A stretch of DNA of 64,000 bases from Eledone cirrhosa (lineage: Eukaryota). The notes below the pieces were generated by a model. The model ran no database searches. It was not told the origin of the DNA and saw nothing but the letters and a program-made list of their open reading frames with translations. The translations under genes were made by a program, and so were the position numbers. Position 1 is the first letter of the stretch. The number at the start of each line of letters is the position of its first letter. Location of the stretch: assembly GCA_964016885.1 (NCBI GenBank), contig OZ024741.1, positions 256,556,001-256,620,000 on the forward strand, in the 5' to 3' direction. Shown here one piece after another: positions 12,911 to 24,900 of this stretch.

Positions 12911-15900
12911 TCTGTCAGTGCCAGTGTTGTTGTAGTTGTTGCTGTTTTCTGTGTCAGTGCCAGTGTTGTTGTAGTTGTTGCCGTTTTCTCTGTCAGTGCC
13001 AGTGTTGTTGTAGTTGTTGCTCTTTTCTGTGTCAGTGCCAGTGTTGTTGTAGTTGTTGCTGTTTTCTGTGTCAATGCCAGTGTTGTTGTTGTTGCTGTTT
13101 TCTCTGTCAGTGCCAGTGTTGTAGTTGTTGCTGTTTTCTCTGTCAGTGCCAGTGTTGTTGTAGTTGTTGCTCTTTTCTGTGTCAGTGCCAGTGTTGTTGC
13201 TGTTGTTGCTATTTTCTGTGTCAGTGCCAGTGTTGTTGTTGTTGCTGTTTTCTCTGTCAGTGCCAGTGTTTTTGTTGTTGCTGTTTTCTGTGTCAGTGCC
13301 AGTGTTGTTCTAGTTGTTGCTGTTTTCTGTGTCAGTGCCAGTGTTGTTGTAGTTGTTGATGTTTTCTCTGTCAGTGCCTGTGTTGTTGTAGTTGTTGCTG
13401 TTTTCTGTGTCAGTGCCAGTGTTGTTGTTGTTGCTGTTTTCTCTGTCAGTGCCAGTGTTGTTGTAGTTATTGCTGTTGTCTGTGTCAGTGCCACTGTTGT
13501 TGTTGCTGTTTTCTGTGTCAGTGCCAGTGTTGTTGTTGTTGCTGTTTTCTCTGTCAGTGCCAGTGTTGTTGTTGCTGTTTTCTCTGTCAGTGCCAGTGTT
13601 GTTGTTGCTGTTTTCTGTGTCAGTGCCATTGTTATTGCTGTTGTTGCTGTTTTCTCTGTCAGTGCCAGTGTTGTTGTTGCTGTTGTTGCTGTTGCTGTTT
13701 TCTCTGTCAGTGCCAGTGTTGTTGTAGTTGTTGCTGTTTTCTCTGTCAGTGCCAGTGTTGTAGTTGTTGCTGTTTTCTGTGTCAGTGCCAGCGTTGTTGT
13801 TGTTGCTGTTTTCTCTGTCAGTGCCAGTGTTGTTGTAGTTGTTGCTGTTTTCTCTGTCAGTGCCAGTGTTGTTGTAGTTGTTGCTGTTTTCTGTGTCAGT
13901 GCCAGTGTTGTTGTTGTTGCTGTTTTCTCTGTCAGTGCCAGTGTTGTTGTAGTTGTTGCTGTTTTCTGTGTCAGTGCCAGTGTTGTTGTAGTTGTTGCCG
14001 TTTTCTCTGTCAGTGCCAGTGTTGTTGTAGTTGTTGCTGTTTTCTGTGTCAGTGCCAGTGTTGTTGTTGCTGTTTTCTCTGTCAGTGCCAGTGTTGTTGT
14101 AGTTGTTGCTGTTTTCTCTGTCAGTGCCAGTTTTGTTGTAGTTTTTGCTGTTTTCTGTGTCAGTGCCAGTGTTGTTGTAGTTGTTGCTGTTTTCTTTGTC
14201 AGTGGCAGTGTTGTTGTTGTTGCTGTTTTCTCTGTCAGTGCCAGTGTTGTAGTTGTTGCTGTTTTCTCTGTCAGTGCCAGTGTTGTTGTTGTTGTTGTTG
14301 CTGTTTTCTCTGTCAGTGCCAGTGTTGTTGTTGTTGCTATTTTCACTGTCAGTGCCAGTGTTGTTGTTGTTGCTATTTTCACTGTCAGTGCCAGTGTTGT
14401 TGTTGTTACTGTTGCTGTTTTCTGTGTCAGTGCCAGTGTTGTTGTTGTTACTGTTGCTGTTTCCTGTGCCACTGCCAGTGTTATTGTTGCTGTTGTTGCT
14501 GTTTTGTCTGTCAGTGCCAGTGTTGTAGTTGTTGCTGTTTTCTGTGTCAGTGCCAGTGTTGTTGTAGTTGTTGCTGTTTTCTGTGTCAGTGCCAGTGTTG
14601 TTGTTGTTCCTGTTTTCTGTGTCAGTGCCAGTGTTGTTGTTGTTGCTGTTTTCTCTGTCAGTGCCAGTGTTGTTGTTGTTGCTATTTTCACTGTCAGTGC
14701 CAGTGTTGTTGCTGTTGCTGTTTTCTCTGTCAGTGCCAGTGATGTTGTAGTTGTTGCTGTTTTCTGTGTTAGTGCCAGTGTTGTTGTAGTTGTTGCTGTT
14801 TTCTGTGTCAGTGCCAGTGTTGTTGTTGTTGCTGTTTTCTCTGTCAGTGCCAGTGTTGTTGTAGTTGTTGCTGTTTTCTCTGTCAGTGCCAGTGTTGTTG
14901 TAGTTGTTGCTGTTTTTTGTGTCAGTGCCAGTGTTGTTGTAGTTGTTGCTGTTTTCTCTGTCAGTGCCAGTGTTGTTGTAGTTGTTGCTGTTTTCTGTGT
15001 CAGTGCCAGTGTTGTTGTTGTTGCTGTTTTCTGTGTCAGTGCCAGTGTTGTTGTTGTTGCTATTTTCACTGTCAGTGCCAGTGTTGTTGTTGTTGCTGTT
15101 TTCTGTGTCAGTGCCAGTGTTGTTGTAGTTGTTGCTGTTTTCTGTGTCAGTGCCAGTGTTGTTGTAGTTGTTGCTGTTTTCTGTGTCAGTGCCAGTGTTG
15201 TTGTAGTTGTTGCTGTTTTCTCTGTCAGTGCCAGTATTGTTGTAGTTGTTGCTGTTTTCTCTGTCAGTGCCAGTGTTGTTGTAGTTGTTGCTGTTTTCTG
15301 TGTCAATGCCAGTGTTGTTGTTGTTGCTGTTTTCTCTGTCAGTGCCAGTGTTGTAGTTGTTGCTGTTTTCTCTGTCAGTGCCAGTGTTGTTGTAGTTGTT
15401 GCTCTTTTCTGTGTCAGTGCCAGTGTTGTTGCTGTTGTTGCTATTTTCTGTGTCAGTGCCAGTGTTGTTGTTGTTGCTGTTTTCTCTGTCAGTGCCAGTG
15501 TTTTTGTTGTTGCTGTTTTCTGTGTCAGTGCCAGTGTTGTTCTAGTTGTTGCTGTTTTCTGTGTCAGTGCCAGTGTTGTTGTAGTTGTTGATGTTTTCTC
15601 TGTCAGTGCCTGTGTTGTTGTAGTTGTTGCTGTTTTCTCTGTCAGTGCCAGTGTTGTTGTAGTTGTTGCTGTTTTCTGTGTCAGTGCCAGTGTTGTTGTT
15701 GTTGCTGTTTTCTCTGTCAGTGCCAGTGTTGTTGTAGTTATTGCTGTTGTCTGTGTCAGTGCCACTGTTGTTGTTGCTGTTTTCTGTGTCAGTGCCAGTG
15801 TTGTTGTTGTTGCTGTTTTCTCTGTCAGTGCCAATGTTGTTGTTGCTGTTTTCTCTGTCAGTGCCAGTGTTGTTGTTGCTGTTTTCTGTGTCACTGCCAT

Positions 15901-18900
15901 TGTTATTGCTGTTGTTGCTGTTTTCTCTGTCAGTGCCAGTGTTGTTGTTGCTGTTGTTGCTGTTGCTGTTTTCTCTGTCAGTGCCAGTGTTGTTGTAGTT
16001 GTTGCTGTTTTCTCTGTCAGTGCCAGTGTTGTAGTTGTTGCTGTTTTCTGTGTCAGTGCCAGCGTTGTTGTTGTTGCTGTTTTCTCTGTCAGTGCCAGTG
16101 TTGTTGTAGTTGTTGCTGTTTTCTCTGTCAGTGCCAGTGTTGTTGTAGTTGTTGCTGTTTTCTGTGTCAGTGCCAGTGTTGTTGTTGTTGCTGTTTTCTC
16201 TGTCAGTGCCAGTGTTGTTGTAGTTGTTGCTGTTTTCTGTGTCAGTGCCAGTGTTGTTGTAGTTGTTGTCGTTTTCTCTGTCAGTGCCAGTGTTGTTGTA
16301 GTTGTTGCTGTTTTCTGTGTCAGTGCCAGTGTTGTTGTTGCTGTTTTCTCTGTCAGTGCCAGTGTTGTTGTAGTTGTTGCTGTTTTCTCTGTCAGTGCCA
16401 GTTTTGTTGTAGTTGTTGCTGTTTTCTTTGTCAGTGGCAGTGTTGTTGTTGTTGCTGTTTTCTCTGTCAGTGCCAGTGTTGTAGTTGTTGCTGTTTTCTC
16501 TGTCAGTGCCAGTGTTGTTGTTGTTGTTGCTGTTTTCTCTGTCAGTGCCAGTGTTGTTGTTGTTGCTATTTTCACTGTCAGTGCCAGTGTTGTTGTTGTT
16601 GCTATTTTCACTGTCAGTGCCAGTGTTGTTGTTGTTACTGTTGCTGTTTTCTGTGTCAGTGCCAGTGTTGTTGTTGTTACTGTTGCTGTTTCCTGTGCCA
16701 CTGCCAGTGTTATTGTTGCTGTTGTTGCTGTTTTGTCTGTCAGTGCCAGTGTTGTAGTTGTTGCTGTTTTCTGTGTCAGTGCCAGTGTTGTTGTAGTTGT
16801 TGCTGTTTTCTGTGTCAGTGCCAGTGTTGTTGTTGTTCCTGTTTTCTGTGTCAGTGCCAGTGTTGTTGTTGTTGTTGTTTTCTCTGTCAGTGCCAGTGTT
16901 GTTGTTGTTGCTATTTTCACTGTCAGTGCCAGTGTTGTTGCTGTTGCTGTTTTCTCTGTCAGTGCCAGTGATGTTGTAGTTGTTGCTGTTTTCTGTGTTA
17001 GTGCCAGTGTTGTTGTAGTTGTTGCTGTTTTCTATGTCAGTGCCAGTGTTGTTGTTGTTGCTGTTTTCTCTGTCAGTGCCAGTGTTGTTGTAGTTGTTGC
17101 TGTTTTCTCTGTCAGTGCCAGTGTTGTTGTAGTTGTTGCTGTTTTTTGTGTCAGTGCCAGTGTTGTTGTAGTTGTTGCTGTTTTCTCTGTCAATGCCAGT
17201 GTTGTTGCTGTTTTCTCTGTCAGTGCCAGTGTTGTAGTTGTTGCTGTTTTCTCTGTCAGTGCCAGTGTTGTTGTAGTTGTTGCTGTTTTCTGTGTCAGTG
17301 CCAGTGTTGTTGTTGTTGCTGTTTTCTGTGTCAGTGCCAGTGTTGTTGTTGTTGCTATTTTCACTGTCAGTGCCAGTGTTGTTGCTGTTGCTGTTTTCTC
17401 TGTCAGTGCCAGTGATGTTGTAGTTGTTGCTGTTTTCTGTGTTAGTGCCAGTGTTGTTGTAGTTGTTGCTGTTTTCTGTGTCAGTGCCAGTGTTGTTGCT
17501 GTTGCTGTTTTCTCTGTCAGTGCCAGTGTTGTAGTTGTTGCTGCCTTCTCTGTCAGTGCCAGTGTTGTTGTAGTTGTTGCTGTTTTCTGTGTCAGTGCCA
17601 GTGTTGTTGTAGTTGTTGCTGTTTTCTCTGTCAGTGCCAGTGTTGTTGTTGTTGTTGCTGTTTTCTCTGTCAGTGCCAGTGTTGTAGTTGTTGCTGTTTT
17701 CTCTGTCAGTGCCAGTGTTGTTGTAGTTGTTGCTGTTTTCTGTGTCAGTGCCACTGTTGTTGTTGCTGTTTTCTGTGTCTGTGCCAGTGTTGTTGTTGTT
17801 GCTGTTTTCTCTGTCAGTGCCAGTGTTGTTGTTGTTGCTGTTTTCTGTGTCAGTGCCAGTGTTGTTGTAGTTGTTGCTGTTTTCTGTGTCAGTGCCAGTG
17901 TTGTTGTAGTTGTTGCTGTTTTCTCTGTCAGTGCCAGTGTTGTTGTAGTTGTTGCTGTTTTCTCTGTCAGTGCCAGTGTTGTTGTAGTTGTTGCTGTTTT
18001 CTGTGTCAGTGCCAGTGTTTTTGTTGTTGCTGTTTTCTCTGTCAGTGCCAGTGTTGTTGTAGTTGTTGCTGTTTTCTCTGTCAGTGCCAGTGTTGTTGTA
18101 ATTGTTGCTGTTTTCTGTGTCAGTGCCAGTGTTGTTGCTGTTGTTGCTGTTTTCTGTGTCAGTGCCAGTGTTGTTCTGGTTGCTGTTTTCTGTGTCAGTG
18201 CCAGTGTTGTTTTTGCTATTTTCACTGTCAGTGCCAGTGTTGTTGTAGTTGTTGCTGTTTTCTGTGTCAGTGCCAGTGTTGTTGTTGTTGTTGCTGTGTT
18301 CTCTGTCAGTGCCAGTGTTGTTGTAGCTGTTGCTGTTTTCTGTGTCAGTGCCAGTGTTGTTGTAGTTGTTGCTGTTTACTGTGTCAGTGCCAGTGTTGTT
18401 GTAGTTGTTGCTGTTTTCTCTGTCAGTGCCAGTGTTGTTGTAGTTGTTGCTGTTTTCTCTGTCAGTGCCAGTGTTGTTGTAGTTGTTGCTGTTTTCTGTG
18501 TCAGTGCCAGTGTTGTTGTTGTTGCTGTTTTCTCTGTCAGTGCCAGTGTTGTTGTAGTTGTTGCTGTTTTCTCTGTCAGTGCCAGTGTTGTTGTAGTTGT
18601 TGCTGTTTTTTGTGTCAGTGCCAGTGTTGTTGTAGTTGTTGCTGTTTTCTCTGTCAGTGCCAGTGTTGTAGTTGTTGCTGTTTTCTCTGTCAGTGCCAGT
18701 GTTGTTGTAGTTGTTGCTGTTTTCTGTGTCAGTGCCAGTGTTGTTGTTGTTGCTGTTTTCTGTGTCAGTGCCAGTGTTGTTGTTGTTGCTATTTTCACTG
18801 TCAGTGCCAGTGTTGTTGCTGTTGCTGTTTTCTCTGTCAGTGCCAGTGATGTTGTAGTTGTTGCTGTTTTCTGTGTTAGTGCCAGTGTTGTTGTAGTTGT

Positions 18901-21900
18901 TGCTGTTTTCTGTGTCAGTGCCAGTGTTGTTGCTGTTGCTGTTTTCTCTGTCAGTGCCAGTGTTGTTGTAGTTGTTGCTGCTTTCTCTGTCAGTGCCAGT
19001 GTTGTTGTAGTTGTTGCTGTTTTCTGTGTCAGTGCCAGTGTTGTTGTAGTTTTTGCTGTTTTCTGTGTCAGTGCCAGTGTTGTTGTTGCTGTTTTCTGTG
19101 TCAGTGCCAGTGTTGTTGTTGTTGCTGTTTTCTCTGTCAGTGCCAGTGTTGTTGCTGTTGCTATTTTCACTGTCAGTGCCAGTGTTGTTGTAGTTGTTGC
19201 TGTTTTCTGTGTCAGTGCCAGTGTTGTTGTTGCTGTTTTCTCTGTCAGTGCCAGTGTTGTTGTAGTTGTAGTTGTTGCTGTTTTCTCTGTCAGTGCCAGT
19301 GTTGTTGTAGTTGTTGCTGTTTTTTGTGTCAGTGCCAGTGTTGTTGTAGTTGTTGCTGTTTTCTCTGTCAGTGCCAGTGTTGTTGTTGTTGTTCCTGTTT
19401 TCTCTGTCAGTGCCAGTGTTGTAGTTGTTGCTGTTTTCTCTGTCAGTGCCAGTGTTGTTGTAGTTGTTGCTGTTTTCTGTGTCAGTGCCAGTGTTGTTGT
19501 TGTTGCTGTTTTCTGTGTCAGTGCCAGTGTTGTTGTTGTTGCTATTTTCACTGTCAGTGCCAGTGTTGTTGCTGTTGCTGTTTTCTCTGTCAGTGCCAGT
19601 GATGTTGTAGTTGTTGCTGTTTTCTGTGTCAGTGCCAGTGTTGTTGCTGTTGCTGTTTTCTCTGTCAGTGCCAGTGTTGTTGTAGTTGTTGCTGCTTTCT
19701 CTGTCAGTGCCAGTGTTGTTGTAGTTGTTTCTGTTTTCTGTGTCAGTGCCAGTGTTGTTGTTGTTGCTGTTTTCTCTGTCAGTGCCAGTGTTGTTGTAGT
19801 TGTTGCTGTTTTCTGTGTCAGTGCCACTGTTGTTGTTGCTGTTTTCTGTGTCTGTGCCAGTGTTGTTGTTGTTGCTGTTTTCTCTGCCAGTGCCAGTGTT
19901 GTTGTTGCTGTTTTCTCTGTCAGTGCCAGTGTTGTTGTTGTTGCTGTTTTCTGTGTCAGTGCCAGTGTTGTTGTAGTTGTTGCTGTTTTCTGTGTCAGTG
20001 CCAGTGTTGTTGTAGTTGTTGCTGTTTTCTCTGTCAGTGCCAGTGTTGTTGTAGTTGTTGCTGTTTTCTCTGTCAGTGCCAGTGTTGTTGTAGTTGTTGC
20101 TGTTTTCTGTGTCAGTGCCAGTGTTTTTGTTGTTGCTGTTTTCTCTGTCAGTGCCAGTGTTGTTGTAGTTGTTGCTGTTTTCTCTGTCAGTGCCAGTGTT
20201 GTTGTAGTTGTTGCTGTTTTCTCTGTCAGTGCCAGTGTTGTTGTAGTTGTTGCTGTTTTTTGTGTCAGTGCCAGTGTTGTTGTAGTTGTTGCTGTTTTCT
20301 CTGTCAGTGCCAGTGTTGTTGTTGTTGTTGCTGTTTTCTCTGTCAGTGCCAGTGTTGTAGTTGTTGCTGTTTTCTCTGTCAGTGCCAGTGTTGTTGTAGT
20401 TGTTGCTGTTTTCTGTGTCAGTGCCAGTGTTGTTGTTGTTGCTGTTTTCTGTGTCAGTGCCAGTGTTGTTGTTGTTGCTATTTTCACTGTCAGTGCCAGT
20501 GTTGTTGCTGTTGCTGTTTTCTCTGTCAGTGCCAGTGATGTTGTAGTTGTTGCTGTTTTCTGTGTTAGTGCCAGTGTTGTTGTAGTTGTTGCTGTTTTCT
20601 GTGTCAGTGCCAGTGTTGTTGCTGTTGCTGTTTTCTCTGTCAGTGCCAGTGTTGTTGTAGTTGTTGCTGCTTTCTCTGTCAGTGCCAGTGTTGTTGTAGT
20701 TGTTGCTGTTTTCTGTGTCAGTGCCAGTGTTGTTGTTGTTGCTGTTTTCTCTGTCAGTGCCAGTGTTGTTGTTGTTGTTGCTGTTTTCTGTGTCAGTGCC
20801 ACTGTTGTTGTTGCTGTTTTCTCTGTCAGTGCCAGTGTTGTTGTAGTTTTTGCTGTTTTCTGTGTCAGTGCCAGTGTTGTTGTTGCTGTTTTCTGTGTCA
20901 GTGCCAGTGTTGTTGTTGTTGCTGTTTTCTTTGTCAGTCCCAGTGTTGTTGTTGTTACTGTTGCTGTTTTCTGTGTCAGTTCCAGTGTTGCTGTTGCTGT
21001 TTTCTGTGCCAGTGCCAGTGTTATTGTTGCTGTTGTTGCTGTGTTCTGTGTCAGTGCCACGGTTGTTGTTGCTGTTGTTGCTGTTTTCTGTGTCAGTGCC
21101 AGTGTTGTTGTTGCTGTTTTCTGTGTCAGTGCCAGTGTTGTTGTTGCTGTTGTTGCTGTTTTCCGTGCCAGTGTTGTTGTAGTTGTTGCTGTTTTCTGTT
21201 TCAGTGTCGGTGTTGTTGTTGTTGCTGTTTTCTCTGTCAGTGCCAGTGTTGTTGTTGCTGTTTTCTCTGTCAGTGCCAGTGTTGTTGTTGTTGCTGTTTT
21301 CTGTGTCAGTGCCAGTGTTGTTGTAGTTGTTGCTGTTTTCTGTGTCAGTGCCAGTGTTGTTGTAGTTGTTGCTGTTTTCTGTGTCAGTGCCAGTGTTGTT
21401 GTAGTTGTTGCTGTTTTCTCTGTCAGTGCCAGTATTGTTGTAGTTGTTGCTGTTTTCTCTGTCAGTGCCAGTGTTTTTGTAGTTGTTGCTGTTTTCTGTG
21501 TCAATGCCAGTGTTGTTGTTGTTGCTGTTTTCTCTGTCAGTGCCAGTGTTGTAGTTGTTGCTGTTTTCTCTGTCAGTGCCAGTGTTGTTGTAGTTGTTGC
21601 TCTTTTCTGTGTCAGTGCCAGTGTTGTTGCTGTTGTTGCTATTTTCTGTGTCAGTGCCAGTGTTGTTGTTGTTGCTGTTTTCTCTGTCAGTGCCAGTGTT
21701 TTTGTTGTTGCTGTTTTCTGTGTCAGTGCCAGTGTTGTTCTAGTTGTTGCTGTTTTCTGTGTCAGTGCCAGTGTTGTTGTAGTTGTTGATGTTTTCTCTG
21801 TCAGTGCCTGTGTTGTTGTAGTTGTTGCTGTTTTCTCTGTCAGTGCCAGTGTTGTTGTAGTTGTTGCTGTTTTCTGTGTCAGTGCCAGTGTTGTTGTTGT

Positions 21901-24900
21901 TGCTGTTTTCTCTGTCAGTGCCAGTGTTGTTGTAGTTATTGCTGTTGTCTGTGTCAGTGCCACTGTTGTTGTTGCTGTTTTCTGTGTCAGTGCCAGTGTT
22001 GTTGTTGTTGCTGTTTTCTCTGTCAGTGCCAGTGTTGTTGTTGCTGTTTTCTCTGTCAGTGCCAGTGTTGTTGTTGCTGTTTTCTGTGTCAGTGCCATTG
22101 TTATTGCTGTTGTTGCTGTTTTCTCTGTCAGTGCCAGTGTTGTTGTTGCTGTTGTTGCTGTTGCTGTTTTCTCTGTCAGTGCCAGTGTTGTTGTAGTTGT
22201 TGCTGTTTTCTCTGTCAGTGCCAGTGTTGTAGTTGTTGCTATTTTCTGTGTCAGTGCCAGCGTTGTTGTTGTTGCTGTTTTCTCTGTCAGTGCCAGTGTT
22301 GTTGTAGTTGTTGCTGTTTTCTCTGTCAGTGCCAGTGTTGTTGTAGTTGTTGCTGTTTTCTGTGTCAGTGCCAGTGTTGTTGTTGTTGCTGTTTTCTCTG
22401 TCAGTGCCAGTGTTGTTGTAGTTGTTGCTGTTTTCTGTGTCAGTGCCAGTGTTGTTGTAGTTGTTGCCGTTTTCTCTGTCAGTGCCAGTGTTGTTGTAGT
22501 TGTTGCTGTTTTCTGTGTCAGTGCCAGTGTTGTTGTTGCTGTTTTCTCTGTCAGTGCCAGTGTTGTTGTAGTTGTTGCTGTTTTCTCTGTCAGTGCCAGT
22601 TTTGTTGTAGTTTTTGCTGTTTTCTGTGTCAGTGCCAGTGTTGTTGTAGTTGTTGCTGTTTTCTCTGTCAGTGCCAGTGTTGTTGTTGTTGCTATTTTCA
22701 CTGTCAGTGCCAGTGTTGTTGTTGTTGCTATTTTCACTGTCAGTGCCAGTGTTGTTGTTGTTACTGTTGCTGTTTCCTGTGCCACTGCCAGTGTTATTGT
22801 TGCTGTTGTTGCTGTTTTGTCTGTCAGTGCCAGTGTTGTAGTTGTTGCTGTTTTCTGTGTCAGTGCCAGTGTTGTTGTAGTTGTTGCTGTTTTCTGTGTC
22901 AGTGCCAGTGTTGTTGTTGTTCCTGTTTTCTGTGTCAGTGCCAGTGTTGTTGTTGTTGCTGTTTTCTCTGTCAGTGCCAGTGTTGTTGTTGTTGCTATTT
23001 TCACTGTCAGTGCCAGTGTTGTTGCTGTTGCTGTTTTCTCTGTCAGTGCCAGTGATGTTGTAGTTGTTGCTGTTTTCTGTGTTAGTGCCAGTGTTGTTGT
23101 AGTTGTTGCTGTTTTCTGTGTCAGTGCCAGTGTTGTTGTTGTTGCTGTTTTCTCTGTCAGTGCCAGTGTTGTTGTAGTTGTTGCTGTTTTCTCTGTCAGT
23201 GCCAGTGTTGTTGTAGTTGTTGCTGTTTTTTGTGTCAGTGCCAGTGTTGTTGTAGTTGCTGTTTTCTGTGTCAGTGCCAGTGTTGTTGTTGTTGCTATTT
23301 TCACTGTCAGTGCCAGTGTTGTTGCTGTTGCTGTTTTCTCTGTCAGTGCCAGTGATGTTGTAGTTGTTGCTGTTTTCTGTGTTAGTGCCAGTGTTGTTGT
23401 AGTTGTTGCTGTTTTCTGTGTCAGTGCCAGTGTTGTTGCTGTTGCTGTTTTCTCTGTCAGTGCCAGTGTTGTAGTTGTTGCTGCTTTCTCTGTCAGTGCC
23501 AGTGTTGTTGTAGTTGTTTCTGTTTTCTGCGTCAGTGCCAGTGTTGTTGTTGTTGCTGTTTTCTCTGTCAGTGCCAGTGTTGTTGTAGTTGTTGCTGTTT
23601 TCTGTGTCAGTGCCACTGTTGTTGTTGCTGTTTTCTGTGTCTGTGCCAGTGTTGTTGTTGTTGCTGTTTTCTCTGTCAGTGCCAGTGTTGTTGTTGCTGT
23701 TTTCTCTGTCAGTGCCAGTGTTGTTGTTGTTGCTGTTTTCTGTGTCACTGCGAGTGTTGTTGTAGTTGTTGCTGTTTTCTGTGTCAGTGCCACTGTTGTT
23801 GTAGTTGTTGCTGTTTTCTCTGTCAGTGCCAGTGTTGTTGTAGTTGTTGCTGTTTTCTCTGTCAGTGCCAGTGTTGTTGTAGTTGTTGCTGTTTTCTGTG
23901 TCAGTGCCAGTGTTTTTGTTGTTGCTGTTTTCTCTGTCAGTGCCAGTGTTGTTGTAGTTGTTGCTGTTTTCTCTGTCAGTGCCAGTGTTGTTGTAATTGT
24001 TGCTGTTTTCTGTGTCAGTGCCAGTGTTGTTGCTGTTGTTGCTGTTTTCTGTGTCAGTGCCAGTGTTGTTGTTGTTGCTGTTTTCTGTGTCAGTGCCAGT
24101 GTTGTTGTTGCTATTTTCACTGTCAGTGCCAGTGTTGTTGTAGTTGTTGCTGTTTTCTGTGTCAGTGCCAGTGTTGTTGTTGTTGCTGTTTTCTCTGTCA
24201 GTGCCAGTGTTGTTGTAGCTGTTGCTGTTTTCTGTGTCAGTGCCAGTGTTGTTGTAGTTGTTGCTGTTTACTGTGTCAGTGCCAGTGTTGTTGTAGTTGT
24301 TGCTGTTTTCTCTGTCAGTGCCAGTGTTGTTGTAGTTGTTGCTGTTTTCTCTGTCAGTGCCAGTGTTGTTGTAGTTGTTGCTGTTTTCTCTGTCAGTGCC
24401 AGTGTTGTTGTTGTTGCTGTTTTCTCTGTCAGTGCCAGTGTTGTTGTAGTTGTTGCTGTTTTCTCTGTCAGTGCCAGTGTTGTTGCTGTTGTTGCTGTTT
24501 TTTGTGTCAGTGCCAGTGTTGTTGTAGTTGTTGCTGTTTTCTCTGTCAGTGCCAGTGTTGTTGTTGTTGTTGCTGTTTTCTCTGTCAGTGCCAGTGTTGT
24601 AGTTGTTGCTGTTTTCTCTGTCAGTGCCAGTGTTGTTGTAGTTGTTGCTGTTTTCTGTGTCAGTGCCAGTGTTGTTGTTGTTGCTGTTTTCTGTGTCAGT
24701 GCCAGTGTTGTTGTTGTTGCTATTTTCACTGTCAGTGCCAGTGTTGTTGCTGTTGATGTTTTCTCTGTCAGTGCCAGTGATGTTGTAGTTGTTGCTGTTT
24801 TCTGTGTTAGTGCCAGTGTTGTTGTAGTTGTTGCTGTTTTCTGTGTCAGTGCCAGTGTTGTTGCTGTTGCTGTTTTCTCTGTCATTGCCAGTGTTGTTGT